Assembly (NCBI RefSeq): GCF_009914755.1
Contig: NC_060929.1
Source: the human T2T-CHM13v2.0 reference genome, Homo sapiens
DNA: 64,000 nucleotides
Direction: 5' to 3' (one strand)
The translations under genes were made by a program, and so were the position numbers. A model generated the notes under the pieces. That model saw only the letters and a list, made by a program, of their open reading frames with translations. It was not told the DNA's origin and ran no database searches. Positions 1 through 17,030 of the stretch are shown in pieces. Numbering within the stretch: the stretch's first letter is position 1; every line of letters begins with the position of its first letter.

Positions 1-1450
1 AAGAAGGCACTCTGGCCTTTTGAGTTGCCAGAGTTCTTGTGCTGGCTCTTTCTTATTGTGTGGGCTGATGTTCCTTCAGTCTTTGAAGTTGCTGTCCTTT
101 GTTTTTGTTTTTGTTGTTGTTTTTGTTGTCCTTTGATGCCCTTGGAAATTTGATTATGTATGATATAAGGTGAGTTCAGTTGATTGGATTCAATTCTTGT
201 TCACTACTGGGTCTTGGAGAAGCCTCCTCTGATTACTGTTTCCATGCCCACGTTTCTTTTGTTGAGTGTTCTGGTCCACTGGGCTCCCTTCGGTAGGGGC
301 TGCAGTTAGTAGACAAGCTGTATCCTTGCCAAGTCAGCCCTAATCTGCTGTCTGGGTACTTCCTGGAAAACATGGGTTGTGCCTGTCTGCAGAATTCAGG
401 CAGAAGTAGGACCTCTGGGTTGTAAACTCTAGTGGATGTGGCCTGTCTGGCTATGGGAGGGGAGGATGGATGGAGTTGCCTGCCCTGCTGTAGGGGTTTT
501 CAGGGCAACAGGAGGCTGAACTCTTTGGTAAATTCAGGCAGAAGTAGAACCACTGGGCGAGAAGCTCTAGCAGATGTGGCTCCCCTGGCTACCAGTGGTG
601 GGAGTGGGTGAGGATAACTGCCTTGTTGTCCAGATGCTTCCTGGAACAACAGGAGGCTGCACCCACTAGCTGAATTTCCACAGAAGCAGGATCGCTGGGC
701 CCAAAGCTCTACAGGTGTTGCCCACCTAGCTATCAGTATCAGAAATGTATGGGATCATGCACCCTACTGTCTGGGTGTTTCCCAGGACAATAGGAGACTG
801 CACTCTCTGGCTGAGTTCACACAGAAGTGGGACCACTGGGCTAGAAGCTCTAGCAAGCATTGGCCACCTGGCTAGCACTGGGGTGGTGTGGGTGGGTGGA
901 GTGGCTGGCCGAGTTTAGGGGAAAGAGAGACTGCTGGACTGGAAGCTCCGAGCCACGTTCAGCAAGAGGGGGTGGAGCAATCTTACTGTTCCCAGGCACC
1001 ACAACTGTGGCCTCTATTGGGGCTGATGTGCTGGTGCTAGTCTGCTTCACAGCCCAAGGCTTGTAGAGGTCCCCTTGAATCCAAGAGTTGCTCCCACATC
1101 TGTGTGGCTCTCTGCCTCAGTCTAGAAGCATAGTGCAGGGGGAGGGGTCATGGGAAGGCTGAGGGGATTGTCCTATTCCCAGTCTTTAAAGCATGAATCC
1201 ACCTGGGGGCTCTCTCTCACTCTTTGCCATGTTGGAGAGGTTCTCCTGACTCTACGCTGAGCCCACACAGGCTGGTGCCCACCTTTGCTCCTCTCTGCTC
1301 CCTGTGTTCTCCTGCTGCCTTGATGGATCCCAACATGGCTTCTCAGATGATTGACCTGCAGGGTCAGTGTTCACTAGCCCTTTTGTTTCCTTTTTGTGAG
1401 AATGGCGCATATGAGCTCCTTCTAGTCCTCTATCTTGGCTTCATCCCCTG
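1..1450 (-). mobile_element. Old L1 5' region (ORF1 start/5'UTR), antisense, containing an internal ~140-bp tandem array
   Basis: T-rich antisense L1-like text ('ctttgaagttgctgtcc') followed by GC-richer UTR-like sequence; recognised by eye, subfamily not assigned. Confidence 0.55.
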
Positions 1451-1699
1451 TATTGCTTATCTTTATGTTGAGATATTTTATTTCTTCAAGCAGACTGTAA
1501 ACTCTCTAAAGGCACAAATCACAGAACAGCCTAAAACAAAATAGGCATTAGTAGATATATTCTTGAGGAACATAAGGTCTAAGTTGTATATACTATCCAG
1601 ATTATGCATTACATTCTGAGAAAATAGTTTATGAGAGTTATTTCCTAAGGAAAAAAAAAAACTCCTAACTAAATAAAATTTGCAGTAAGAGAGAGAATC

Positions 1700-3400
<1,701 letters not shown>

Positions 3401-3734
3401 AGAGAGAGAATCATGTAATTTGCAGAATTACCCCCAAGTGGTGGTGTCATGTGGCAGTAGTTACTAATTTTCCACCAAAATATTTTCTTCCCCTCAATAA
3501 CAGAAATTAAGTGAGGTACATGACTCTTTAGCTAGAGACCAGATTCCTCAGCCTCCCTAGAAGCTATGCAACTCAGTTTGGACCAGTGAGATATGAGTAG
3601 AAGTAACTATGTGCCACTTCTGGGTCTGGGCCTTAAAACACTTGGAATAAGCAATTCCACTCTTTTTTTTGCAAATTGAAATGCAGAAATGCCAGCAACC
3701 CAAGTACAACCATGCAGATGAGAACCCTCTAGAG

Positions 3735-3955
3735 AAAGGGTTAACAAGCTATCACCCATAGAGCAGCCACTTGGTTTTGTAAATAAAGTTTTATTGGAAC
3801 ACAGCTATGTCCATTTGTTTACAAAGTATATATAGCTGCCTCTGCACCACAATGACAGAGAACTTAAGTAATTGCAACAAAGACCGTGTTGGGCTGCAAG
3901 CCTTAAATATTTGCTATCTAGTGTTTTCAGAAAAAGTTTACCAACCACTGCACTA
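3735..3955. mobile_element. MER58-like hAT DNA transposon relic
   Basis: 'gttttgtaaataaagttttattggaacacagc' core and 'aaaaagtttaccaacc' end. Confidence 0.7.
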
Positions 3956-4378
3956 GAGCAAAAAGATAAAAGGAACTTGGGGCCCTACATAGCTGTAACA
4001 GAAAAATAAGTAATCATCTAGTTTACTGTCATTGTATTTTGGAGCCTCTCTTCTACCTCTGTTTAGCATTTACTGTAACTATTGTATCTTATGAATTGGA
4101 TTTCTGTTTTCTTCTATCTGATTGCTAGAAATAGGGGCTTATGATGGCTAGGGGAAAGCATGAATGTGGCACCATGGTCTTGTTGGCTCCCAAGTAGGTT
4201 GTACCAGCAGAGGACTCCAATTTTATTAAGCTTCCAAGCTGCTTCTCACTGAAAAATTCAGCTGGCTATGTATATCCTTGAACTAGCATAGTGTCTCAGA
4301 TTGAAATATTGGTATCAACATTCCCAAACTCAGTTCTTGAGAGATAATTTAAAATAGTCCAACAGGTCAATGGGAAGA

Positions 4379-4948
4379 TATGATGATTAATTTACATGTC
4401 AACTTGACTGGACCAGGGATGCCCAGACATTTGGTTAAGCATTATTCTGCTTGTATCTGTGAGATTTTCTGGATGAGATGAACATTTGAATGGGTGGACT
4501 GAGTAAAGAGTGCCTTCCTTAATGCAGGTGGGCCTCATCCAACAATTAAAGACCTGGGTAGAACAAAAAGGCTGAGTAATAGGGAACTCCTCCTGCCTGA
4601 TTGCTTGAGCTGGAACATTGTGCCTTCAAACTTGACTGAAAAATGGGCACTTCTTGGATCTTGAGCCTGCTGGCTTTTGGACTGGAACTTTTACCATGGG
4701 CTCTCCTGGGTCTCCAGCTTTCCAATTGCAGAACTTGGGACTTCTTAGCCTCTATAATCTTGTGAGCCAATTCCTTCTAAGAAATCTCTCTCTGTCTCTT
4801 TCTCTGTCTCTGTGTCTGTCTCTCTCTCTCTCTCCTCCCCTCTTTCTCTCTCTTCAGATAGGTAGGTAGGTAGGTAGATAAATAGATGGCAGATAGATAG
4901 ATAGTAGATAGATGATTTTGTTTCTCTGAAGAACTTTGGCTAATATTC
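4379..4948 (+). mobile_element. MLT2-family (ERVL) solo LTR with internal (TC)n/(GATA)n microsatellite
   Basis: 'tgatgattaatttacatgtcaacttgactgg' start; 'gtgggcctcatccaa'; '...ctaata' end. Confidence 0.8.
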
Positions 4949-5267
4949 AGAATATTTTTTATGTATACACAAATTACTCATATATTGCTATAAGAAACAG
5001 GACTTGAAAAAATGTTTTTATTCATAATCACATCACCATAATTGAATCATTGGGTGGGAAGTACTCAGAAACAACATGGATATGTGCAGATTTGTTTGGA
5101 GGAAAAACTATCAGACTATACAACTCAGAGAACCAAGTGATTCTTTACCAGCAAGCACTCAAGTTCCGTATTTTTAGAAAGACCTTCCAGTTACTGCCCT
5201 TATATGCATTTTTTTTTTATTTGATGAGGCCCAAAAGATTGTACAGAAGAATTTTCATTTTTTTAGA

Positions 5268-5490
5268 CCAGTATTCCTAACTGTAAGTAATTTTGCCCCC
5301 ATAGGACATTTGGCAATGTCTGAAAGCAGTTTTGGTCATGACAACTGGGAGAAGAGTGCTATTGATATTCAGTGGGTAGAGGTCAAGGATCCTGCTAAGC
5401 ACCTATAGTACACAGAACAGTGGCTTCCCTCAACAAATAATTATTTAGCCCCAAAATGTCAATAGTGCTGAGTTTGTGAAAAATCCTGCT
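5268..5490. mobile_element. MER20 DNA transposon relic
   Basis: 'ttttgccccc..ggacatttggcaatgtctg' and 'caaaatgtcaatagtgctgag'. Confidence 0.8.
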
Positions 5491-5827
5491 TCAGACAATG
5501 CTTTTGATATCCGGGTAAGGCCACATATCAAAGTCCAGCAGCCATTTATTTAGTAAAAATGAACTCACAGCCTTTCCTGGAAACTGTTTTTAATAGAGGT
5601 AGGAAGGATGAAGAAAAGTGTGAGGTGCTCAGATACCTTCAGGGAATGGCACAGATACTCTGCAAAGAAATGAGAAGGGAGGGACGCCAAAGGCAAATGC
5701 ACAATTCTACACATTTACAACTTACTTTGGAGGAAAGCATGCCCTTTGGAGATGAGGTTCAGAACCTCCTAAAAGCTATCCAGAATGTATTCCTCATACG
5801 CTAGGCCTCTCAAAGCTATTTTAAATC

Positions 5828-6221
5828 TGTCTTAGTCCATTTTGTATTGCTATAACAGAATACCACAGCTAGGAGATTTACAAAGAGAATGAACTTATTT
5901 CTTAAATTCTGGAGGCTGGCAAATCCAAGGTCAAGGGGCCTATACCCAGGGAAAGCTTTCTTGCTGCATCATCCTATGGTGGAAAGCAGAAGGGCAAGAG
6001 AGCTCAAGAGAGCAAAAGAGCAAGAGGGGGCCAAACTCACTTTTATAGCATGCCCACTCTCACAATAACTAACCCACTCCCAAGATAATGACATCACTCC
6101 AATCATGATGGCAGAGCTGTCACGACATAATCACCTCTTACTAGGCTCCACACCCCAACAGTTGTATTGGGGATTCAGTTTTCAACACATGAACTTTAGG
6201 GGACACAGTTAAATCATAGCA
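5828..6221 (-). mobile_element. MaLR LTR (MST/MLT1A type)
   Basis: 'tgtcttagtccattttgtattgctataacagaatacc'...'aaatcatagca'. Confidence 0.8.
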
Positions 6222-7306
6222 AAAGCTCTCAGCAAAGAAGAGATATGACAAAAATGAAAACAAATTGAGGAATATTATCCATAATGGTTCCAAATAAATC
6301 TAGAGTAAACCAGAGAGGGTAACCGGCTAGAGCATTCATTTCCCCAAACATAATTAACTTTTATAGCCCTTTAGAATTTGCAAAGTACTTTGTATACTTG
6401 TACTTTCATTTTATCCTCCCAACAAGTTCTGGAATCAGGTTTATTACTTCTATCACCATTTTATAGCTGAGGAACATGATTATATCACACGGGGCTCCAA
6501 CAGAGAACAGAGGGCACACTCGGGTTAGAGTAATTTAAAGAGGGTTTATTTAAAACAGATGAGAAGTATAGGGAGTCAGGATCCTACAAATAGTAATTGT
6601 GGGAAATCTGTAACCACATGTAGGCCAGGCAGGGTGAGGGTAGCCAGCATTTGCTGGAACCTAGAAGGGAAGTGTTCTGTAGTTATTGCTATGAGATCAG
6701 CAGTGACCTTTGGTTGTGAAACATCAGCAGCACAAGGCAACCTCCTCCTGGGAAGAGCCAGGGGTATACATGTCCTGATTTTGTTTTCTTCCCTCCCAAC
6801 TCCTGCTGAGGGTCTCACTGGCTGGAAGCAACTGGAGGCCAATGGCCCAGCAGTCCATTGGTACAGGCCACACCTTTTCCCCTTCAACATCCTCTATAGC
6901 TTTTCATCCACATGAAAAGTGTGTGCCTCCAACACAAGGGACACATGAAGTCCCTTCAGAATGTGTATCATCATGGAGTGATCTTGATTCAATCATATTC
7001 CCTCACGAGAAGTAAAAAGTTAGCCACTCCTAGTATTCTTTATATATGATACATATATAAGGAAAAGTTGGGGGAGTGGAAAAAAAAGTAACAAAAAACA
7101 TAACTTCTACAGGCCATACTTCTTTCTGGTCATGAGGGCTAATTTAGCAATCATAGCACTAGCACCAGCTCCATGGATGCACAACCTGGGGAGTCACACA
7201 GGACTCAATACTTAGAAGCGCGCTCTACACTTAGTTGCTGCTCCACTGTGCCTATTAAATAGATTGAAATTAACAAGGAGCCCTACATTTTTATTTTGCA
7301 TTGGGT

Positions 7307-7693
7307 TCTGCAAATTATGTAGCTAATATTGTATAACTCTGTTCTTCTAGCACCTATTCAAGTTACCCTTAGCCTTTGTCAGGACCTCGCTAGACTGGGT
7401 TCTTTACCTAGAAGGATAGCCCAAACCTTCCTTCCTTCCTTGTCTTTGTTGGGTTCCCAGAGTTTTCCAACAGCAGAATATTAGACAAGGAAGTACTAAA
7501 AAATGTCTCAACGAATCTCCTGGGTTCTTGACAAAACTCTCCTTTATGTAGAAGAAACCCATTTGTCCTCTTGTAATCAGGATCAATCACTCTGGCCAGA
7601 AAAACAATCCCAATTCTGCCTGTGAGTGTAGCAGTACGTGAAGCCCCACATAGGGTGTACTCTTAGGCCAGTTGATCAGAACCATGACTATGC
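7307..7693 (+). repeat. Local duplication, copy 1 (copy 2 at 11272-11659)
   Basis: Direct alignment over ~387 bp with roughly 23 differences counted by eye (~94%). Confidence 0.95.
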
Positions 7694-8133
7694 CCCTGAT
7701 AGAAGCATTCTTCCCTCAGGGATTAGTTTCTTCAAAATCATCCAGCCCAAGGTTGTAGGAACCAGAAGCAAAAATTATTCAAATGAGTAATTAAGGATTG
7801 ATAATGAAGAAGACTCTTTTGCCCCAAACCCATAGAGAGATGGTTATGTACAAACTTCTATTATTTGTAACATTATTTGTAGCATATCACATAATTTTGC
7901 TTCACTTCTCAAGGCAGAGCTATTGACAGCCACTTTCCTAAAAAGTATGTAGGAGGCCAGTGTGGTGGTTCACACCTATAATCCCAGCATGAGAGGCCAA
8001 GGTGAGAGGATCATTTGAGGCCAGGAGTTTGAGACTAGCTGGGCAACAAAGCAAGACCTTGTCTCTAAAAAATAAAATAAAATAAAAAAAATAAAATAAT
8101 GTAAAAAATTTTTAAAGCATGTAGGGTAGTTGG

Positions 8134-8491
8134 TGATATGGTTTGGCTGTGTCCCCACCCAAAATCTCATCTTGAATTGTAATCACCATAATCCCCATGT
8201 GTCAAGGGTGGGACCAGGTGTAGGTAATTGCATCACGGGGCAGTTTCCCCCATGCTGTTCTCCTGATAACGAGTGAGTCTCATGAGATCGGATGGTTTTA
8301 TAAGTGTCTGACATTTCCCCTGCTGGCACTCATTTTCTCTCCTGCTGCTCTGTGAAGAGGTACCTTCTGCCATGATTGGAAATTTCCTAATGCTTCCCCA
8401 GCCATGCAGAACTGTGAGTCAATTCAACTTCTTTCCTTTATAAATTACCCAGTCTCAGGTATTTCTTCATAGCAGAGAACGGGTTAATACA
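8134..8491 (+). mobile_element. THE1/MSTA MaLR solo LTR
   Basis: TGATATGGTTTGGCTGTGTCCCCACCCAAA...TAATACA; 5-bp TSD GTTGG/GTGGG. Confidence 0.9.
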
Positions 8492-8769
8492 GTGGGCATA
8501 AATTATAACACTGGGAGTAAATCAGAAGTTTTTTTTTGTTGGCAAATACACAAAAGTTGTATAACAGTGTTTTGTGCTTTAGGTCTGAGATGTGTTGGAC
8601 GCTCCCGTGATCTTTGCTTAGCTCTAAACACATAGTGAAAGAACACCTTCCTAACACCAGAGGGCACTGTGCCACAGGGATACCTCTGCGAGGTTCCCAC
8701 ACTAGCAACTCATTACATTCTTCCCCTATGTTCCTGCACCACAGTCAACCTGTTAGAAATGCCTTCTGC

Positions 8770-10076
<1,307 letters not shown>

Positions 10077-10708
10077 AGAAACGCCTTCTGCTTTTTCTTT
10101 TTGCCATACTTAAATGAGGACTGTTTTTAAAGTTGAAAGAGAACAAAGAGTTAAGAGAAGCTGCTAGAAACAATGTTATATAGCAGTTAAATATAATTGT
10201 TAGCCTATCATTTTCTGCATCCAGCAAATTCAGGAATCTTGATCTCTCTGGTTTTCATTATACTTAGTTAAAATTAAGATACAATTCAGGCAAATGTGTC
10301 TAATGAGCATAATTAAATTGTTTTACATTAAAAGGTAAGATTAGATCCTATTGATTCTCATTCTAATTTAAATGTGGGGAGTTAGTTTGGTCTATTTAAG
10401 CCTATTAAAATTGTACATAACTCCTGGAATATCAAGCACTACTAATAATCTACTCTCATCATAAACTTTCTTCTAGATCTAGTTAGTAAAGGGGTTTTGA
10501 CTTCTTTTATAATACAAATAAAGAGGTAATTTTCCAAACCTTGCTTGAAAAATTAAGCAAGTTTTGTCTCAACACTCAACATTTATTGAACATCTGCTGT
10601 GCGATAGGTTTACATCTTCCAGATGCTGGCAAAAATACACAAAGTGTGCTTTCGTGAAGTTTTCAATCAAGGAGATAAAATATATTTTAAAAAAACTATA
10701 AACTTGCA

Positions 10709-11659
<951 letters not shown>

Positions 11660-11705
11660 ATATATATATATATAATATATGTATATACATATACGTATGT
11701 GTATA

Positions 11706-11739
<34 letters not shown>

Positions 11740-11845
11740 CACATATATAGTAAACTTGCTTAGCTCTAAATACACACATAGTGAAAGAACAAGTTGAACC
11801 GGTAAGTTCTACCAAGAACCACATGAAACTACCAGCAGACACTAT

Positions 11846-12323
11846 TGTAAGCGCCAAGGGGACCTTTCTCCTTGGCCCTCTGAGGTTTGGCTGAAAATCA
11901 CTAACATGAGGAACATTAATAGAAAAAACATACAAATTTACTTAACGTGTATACACAGGAAGAATCACAGCGTGATTACCCACCCCTCAGAGGGCTTCAG
12001 AAGCTTGTGGATACAATCCCAGCGACACAGGTTATGATAGGGAGAAGAGGAATTCTGTTGAGGGATTACAAAGGAGAATGAATGTATCAGGAACACATTA
12101 ATTTGTACAACATCTTGTGAAAGGGTCTGCTCAGGTGTGATTACTACATTCTTGGTCTTACAGGGAGGCAACAAAAACAATTATGTTCCTTGTGATGTGT
12201 CTAAACTTTATCCTTTGCTTTGGCAGAGATGGCGTGGGGATTTAGGGGAGTGGGACCTTGAGGCTTCTTCAGTTCAGATGTCAAAACGCCATTATTTGGG
12301 GGTATGTTTCTGCGCCTCCAACA
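11846..12323 (-). mobile_element. ERV1-class solo LTR
   Basis: TG...CA ends, 4-bp TSD CTAT/CTGT; shares 'catacaaattta..aacgtgta..gaatcacag.gtgattaccc' with the LTR at 62664. Confidence 0.65.
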
Positions 12324-13564
12324 CTGTTTAACAGGGAGGCTTGTTTCATCCAGTAAGGGAGTCAAGAAATGGTTCCCCGAAGAAAACGATTCTTGAAATC
12401 TGACAATAAATGAGGTGTCAAACAGGCAAAAAGTGTGTCGGAATGAGCACGGATGAGGGTAGGGTGGAAAAATCTTGGTACTTAGTCTGTGGGAAGACCT
12501 GAGGAAAAAAAGCCACTACAGTTTATAGTTCAGTGTATGGTGGGCGAACGAGATGAAGCCGAAAACTTGGACAATCAGGGATTGTCCAAGAGCAAGGGAA
12601 AGCCACCAAAGATTTTTCAGCAGATTGCCGTGATCATATTTGTATTTGAAGACTACAACGATGCTGTATGAAAAATGGATGCACAAAGCCGAATTGGGAA
12701 GCTATTGTTCCTGGAAAGTATAACCCTGAAGGCGGAGAGTTGTAGAGAACAGAACTGATGTTTAAAAAGAAAAATCCACAAAACGTGGTGGTGGAGCAAG
12801 TACCTGAAGTTATGCCTATTGCGCTTCTGATTTCAAATAAGTAATTGTTTTAAATTGCCTACTAACATAAAAAAGCCCAGTCGATTCCAAACACTGGCAC
12901 CCAGGCGTGAGAATCCATGGTTATTTCCTTGGGTGAGCTTTATTGTATTTTTGCGGGCGCTATGGAAATGCTCCTCCAGGCAGTACAGATCAGCAGCGGC
13001 TCGTAGTGAAGAACGTTCAAGGAAGAGTTTGTCCCGGATCAACAGGACATGGGGCTTGGGAAGCCTGGACTGCCATGAGGAAGGTCGATTCACCACTACA
13101 GACAGGGAGCCTGAGGCCTGGGTGGTGCCGACAAGTCGGCAGTCACGCCAGGTCAGGAAGCGCCGAAGCCGCGGGAAACCCTGGACTCCATCCCGGGATT
13201 TGTCCCCGTGTCGAAGATGGTATCCAGGTCGCCGAAAACTTCCCGGAAGTTTAGACCAAGACCTACTTATTATCTACGGTGTCCGGGAAGGTCCATGATT
13301 GTTCCACATAAAGTCAGAAGGGAGGAAAGGCGCACGCGCATTGGGGACTTGACTCTGGAAAGCGTCCAGACCAAGGTCAGCGGAGAGTAGGCATGTAGCT
13401 TCTGCAGTTGCTCCTCCTCACCCTCCGCGACCTGATTTCCTAGAAGGGCTCTGTCACCCGAAAAGATTTTCCACTGGCTTAGAGGAGGGAGGGCCCGCCT
13501 TCCCCCGTTATCCATTGGCTGCTCGTTCCGCCGCAAGTTGGGGGCGGGGTTAGGGCGCCTTTCG

Positions 13565-13573
13565 ATTGCATCA
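13565..13573. promoter_or_regulatory. C/EBP-ATF composite amino-acid response element (AARE/CARE), ATTGCATCA
   Basis: Exact match to the CHOP AARE core (reverse complement TGATGCAAT); cytosolic aminoacyl-tRNA synthetase genes are established ATF4 targets. Confidence 0.85.
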
Positions 13574-13685
13574 GCTGGTCCAGCCGAGGCCAAGTCCCGG
13601 GCGCTAGCCCACCTCCCACCCGCCTCTTGGCTCCTCTCCTCTAGGCCGTCGCTTTCGGGTTCTCTCATCGCTTCGTCGTTCGCCA

Positions 13686-13742
13686 ATGTTTGAGGAGAAG
13701 GCCAGCAGTCCTTCAGGGAAGATGGGAGGCGAGGAGAAGCCG
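13686..13742 (+). CDS. TARS1: Threonyl-tRNA synthetase 1, coding exon 1 (MFEEKASSPSGKMGGEEKP)
   Basis: ATG, 57 nt, donor CCG|GTGAGC. Confidence 0.95.
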
Positions 13743-15091
13743 GTGAGCAAACTTGGTGGGACCCAGAGACCAGCCTGGGACTCTAGTGGGTGCAGACGCT
13801 ACGCTCGCGGCGGGAGCGGGGGGCAGGAAGCAGGAAGCGGCCGGGACCGCGTGGGTCGGAGAAGTGGGGGATGGTGGGACTCCTGGAAAGTCGGAACCCC
13901 CTTTGGGAACCATCCATTCATAAATTAGGGTGGGGCCTTGCAGTTCATCTGTGGGTCCATTCTCTTTACAGATGAGGAAACAGACCTTGAGTGAGCGACT
14001 TGTTCAGAGCCTCACATCTACAGTAGTTAGACGCGGAGACAGAATCAGAATCTTAGGCTTGAGGCTTCCAAACTTGCGTTTATGGCTTACTGTAAGCGGG
14101 AAACACATTGCAGAGCCTTATTTAATCAATCTCCTAAGATCCTGCGGGGGTAAAGAGCTCCATTTTAAGGAAAGGAAAACCGAGTGCCCGAGATCTGACC
14201 CAGCTTGTCCAAGTTTGGGTGGTTAAGTATACATTTTGCCCGGCACTGATCTGGGCGGTGCATGTGGGAAGATGAATAGGGCCCAGTTCCCCGACTTTGA
14301 GGGCCTCACAGGCTGATGTGTAAGAGACAGGAAAACAGCCCTAGTGCTTTGTGATCAACCTTGTGGTATTACAGAAGAGGAAGTTTAGGAAGGCACTTTA
14401 GAATTTAGTTTGGAAGAATGATTTCACCAGGTAAACAGGCAGGACGGGGCTTCCCACGTAAAGGTAGGGAAGGCAGTGAAAAGGGGCACGCAGGTGAATT
14501 GTCTTTCGGGTTGTTTGCAAGAGATATGCCAGAAGGGTTAAAGGAACAGTAATCAGAAGGATCTTAGGCAACAAGGATGTTTGAAACTTGTATTCTATAC
14601 ATGAAGGATCTTAAGCAGGAAGATTGTATTTGTAAAAGTCACGCTGGCATTGGGATAGAAGGTTAGGCCACATGCAGAAGGCTGTTGTAATAGTCCAAGT
14701 GAGAAGTGGTGACGTCTTCAGCTAAGGGATCCTCTATCCCAAGTCTGTGACAGGACAGTTCACTTAAAAGCCAAATTTTTTTCTTGATTGTCCACTCGAG
14801 ATTGAATGGAGAAACTGCATACGGGCACATTCTAACTATGTAAATTTAATTCTAGATGATAAATGGTGACTATACGTAGATTTTTTTCACATAAAATGAT
14901 ATTTTTACTGTTTTGTAACTTTTTTTTTTTTTTTTTTTTTTTGCTTAATAGAATGTGGTCAACAACTTTCCATGTCCATAAATATTCTCCTGTGCTATTC
15001 TTAATTGGACGTGATATGTATGGTTAACACATATGTAATTTTTCCTTCCTGTAATAATTATACAATAGTTAATATTTATTTTGAGTACTAA

Positions 15092-15403
<312 letters not shown>

Positions 15404-15902
15404 TCATTCAGTCTTCTTAATAACGCTGTGAAGTGGGTTCTGTTATTATCTCCATTATACAGATGAGAAAGCAGGCGTAGGAACAGTAACTTGCTCAAAC
15501 CCAGTATCCCCGTTTTTTTCCTTCCTCAAACCCAGTATCCTATAGCCAATACTAATAACCCCTGTGCTGTTCTGAGTGAGTCAGGGACAGATCATTCCTG
15601 AGAAAGGTAATTCTGTAGCTTCTCTTCACAATCCGGTTCTGTTTCCCAACTTTTGGGTTGAGATTTTAGATTACTTGTATGTAGATGTACATACCATATA
15701 TACTCAGGGAAATAGAGAACAGTTGCCTACTCTCTTCCCAGTGTTGTAGAAAAGGGGTCATAGGCCTCAGGGTTCCAGAGAGACCTGTTGTAATTTCCCA
15801 GCTCTATTACTTAATGATACAAATGGGCAAGTTACTTCTTTGAGCCAGTGTTCTTGTTTGTAAAATGGAGCCGTATTTAGAACCAGAAAACCTTTGTGGT
15901 GA

Positions 15903-16392
<490 letters not shown>

Positions 16393-16609
16393 GCAATTTT
16401 TCTTTTTACCCAGTATACTTGATCAGTTACATCACTTCTGCAGTATAACAAAGGCTCTATTGAATCTAAATGAACCTTTAAAGTTTATTAAATCCAGACT
16501 TCTGGAGTAGGGGGGATTTTAGCTCAGCATGAAATTAGGAGTCATATTTTAAAATTAGTTTTTTTTTTAATTATACAAGTAACGCATTTTATAGGATTTA
16601 AAAGACAAT

Positions 16610-17030
16610 GGCCAAAATGTCCATCAACTGATAAATGGATAAGTAAGCAATGGAATATTATTTGATAATAAAAAGGTACAATGACAAGTATTGATGCATG
16701 TTACAACCTGATGATCTTGAAATTATTATGCTAACTAAAAGAAGCCTGTCACAAAAGACCACATAATGTGTGATTCTATTTATATGAAATTCCCAGAATA
16801 GGCAAATCTATAGAAACAGAAACTAGGTTAATGGTTGCCAGGGTCTGGAGATGAAGGCAACAGGGAGTAAACTGCTAATGGGTACAAGGTTTCTTTTTGA
16901 GGGTGATGAAAATACTCTAAAATTGATGGTAGTGATAGTTGCAAAACAGTGAATACCTAAAAACCATTGAATTGTGTACTTTACATGGGTAACTTGTATG
17001 GTATATGAATTGTATCTTAAAACTTAAGAA
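16610..17030 (+). mobile_element. Old L1M 3' end fragment
   Basis: 'ccagaataggcaaatctatagaaacagaa', 'gtttctttttgagggtgatgaaaat'. Confidence 0.75.

Larger units (their letters stand above)
12940..13900. promoter_or_regulatory. TARS1: CpG-island promoter of TARS1
   Basis: High CpG/GC around the start codon; GC box GGGGCGGGG ~13541, inverted CCAAT 13514-13518, NRF1-like GCGCACGCGC 13330-13339, ETS CCGGAAGT 13243-13250. Confidence 0.9.

Noticed and set aside
8227-8235. Additional ATTGCATCA motifs (also 45609-45617)
   Set aside because: Located in repeats far from the promoter; probably chance
12855-13686. 147-aa (+) and 138-aa (-) ORFs in the promoter
   Set aside because: GC-rich CpG island, non-ATG starts, no recognisable domain
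13645-13688. tRNA-Thr anticodon mimic (CGU triplets, GTTCGCCA before the AUG), by analogy with the E. coli thrS operator
   Set aside because: I could not form a convincing stem presenting a 7-nt anticodon loop
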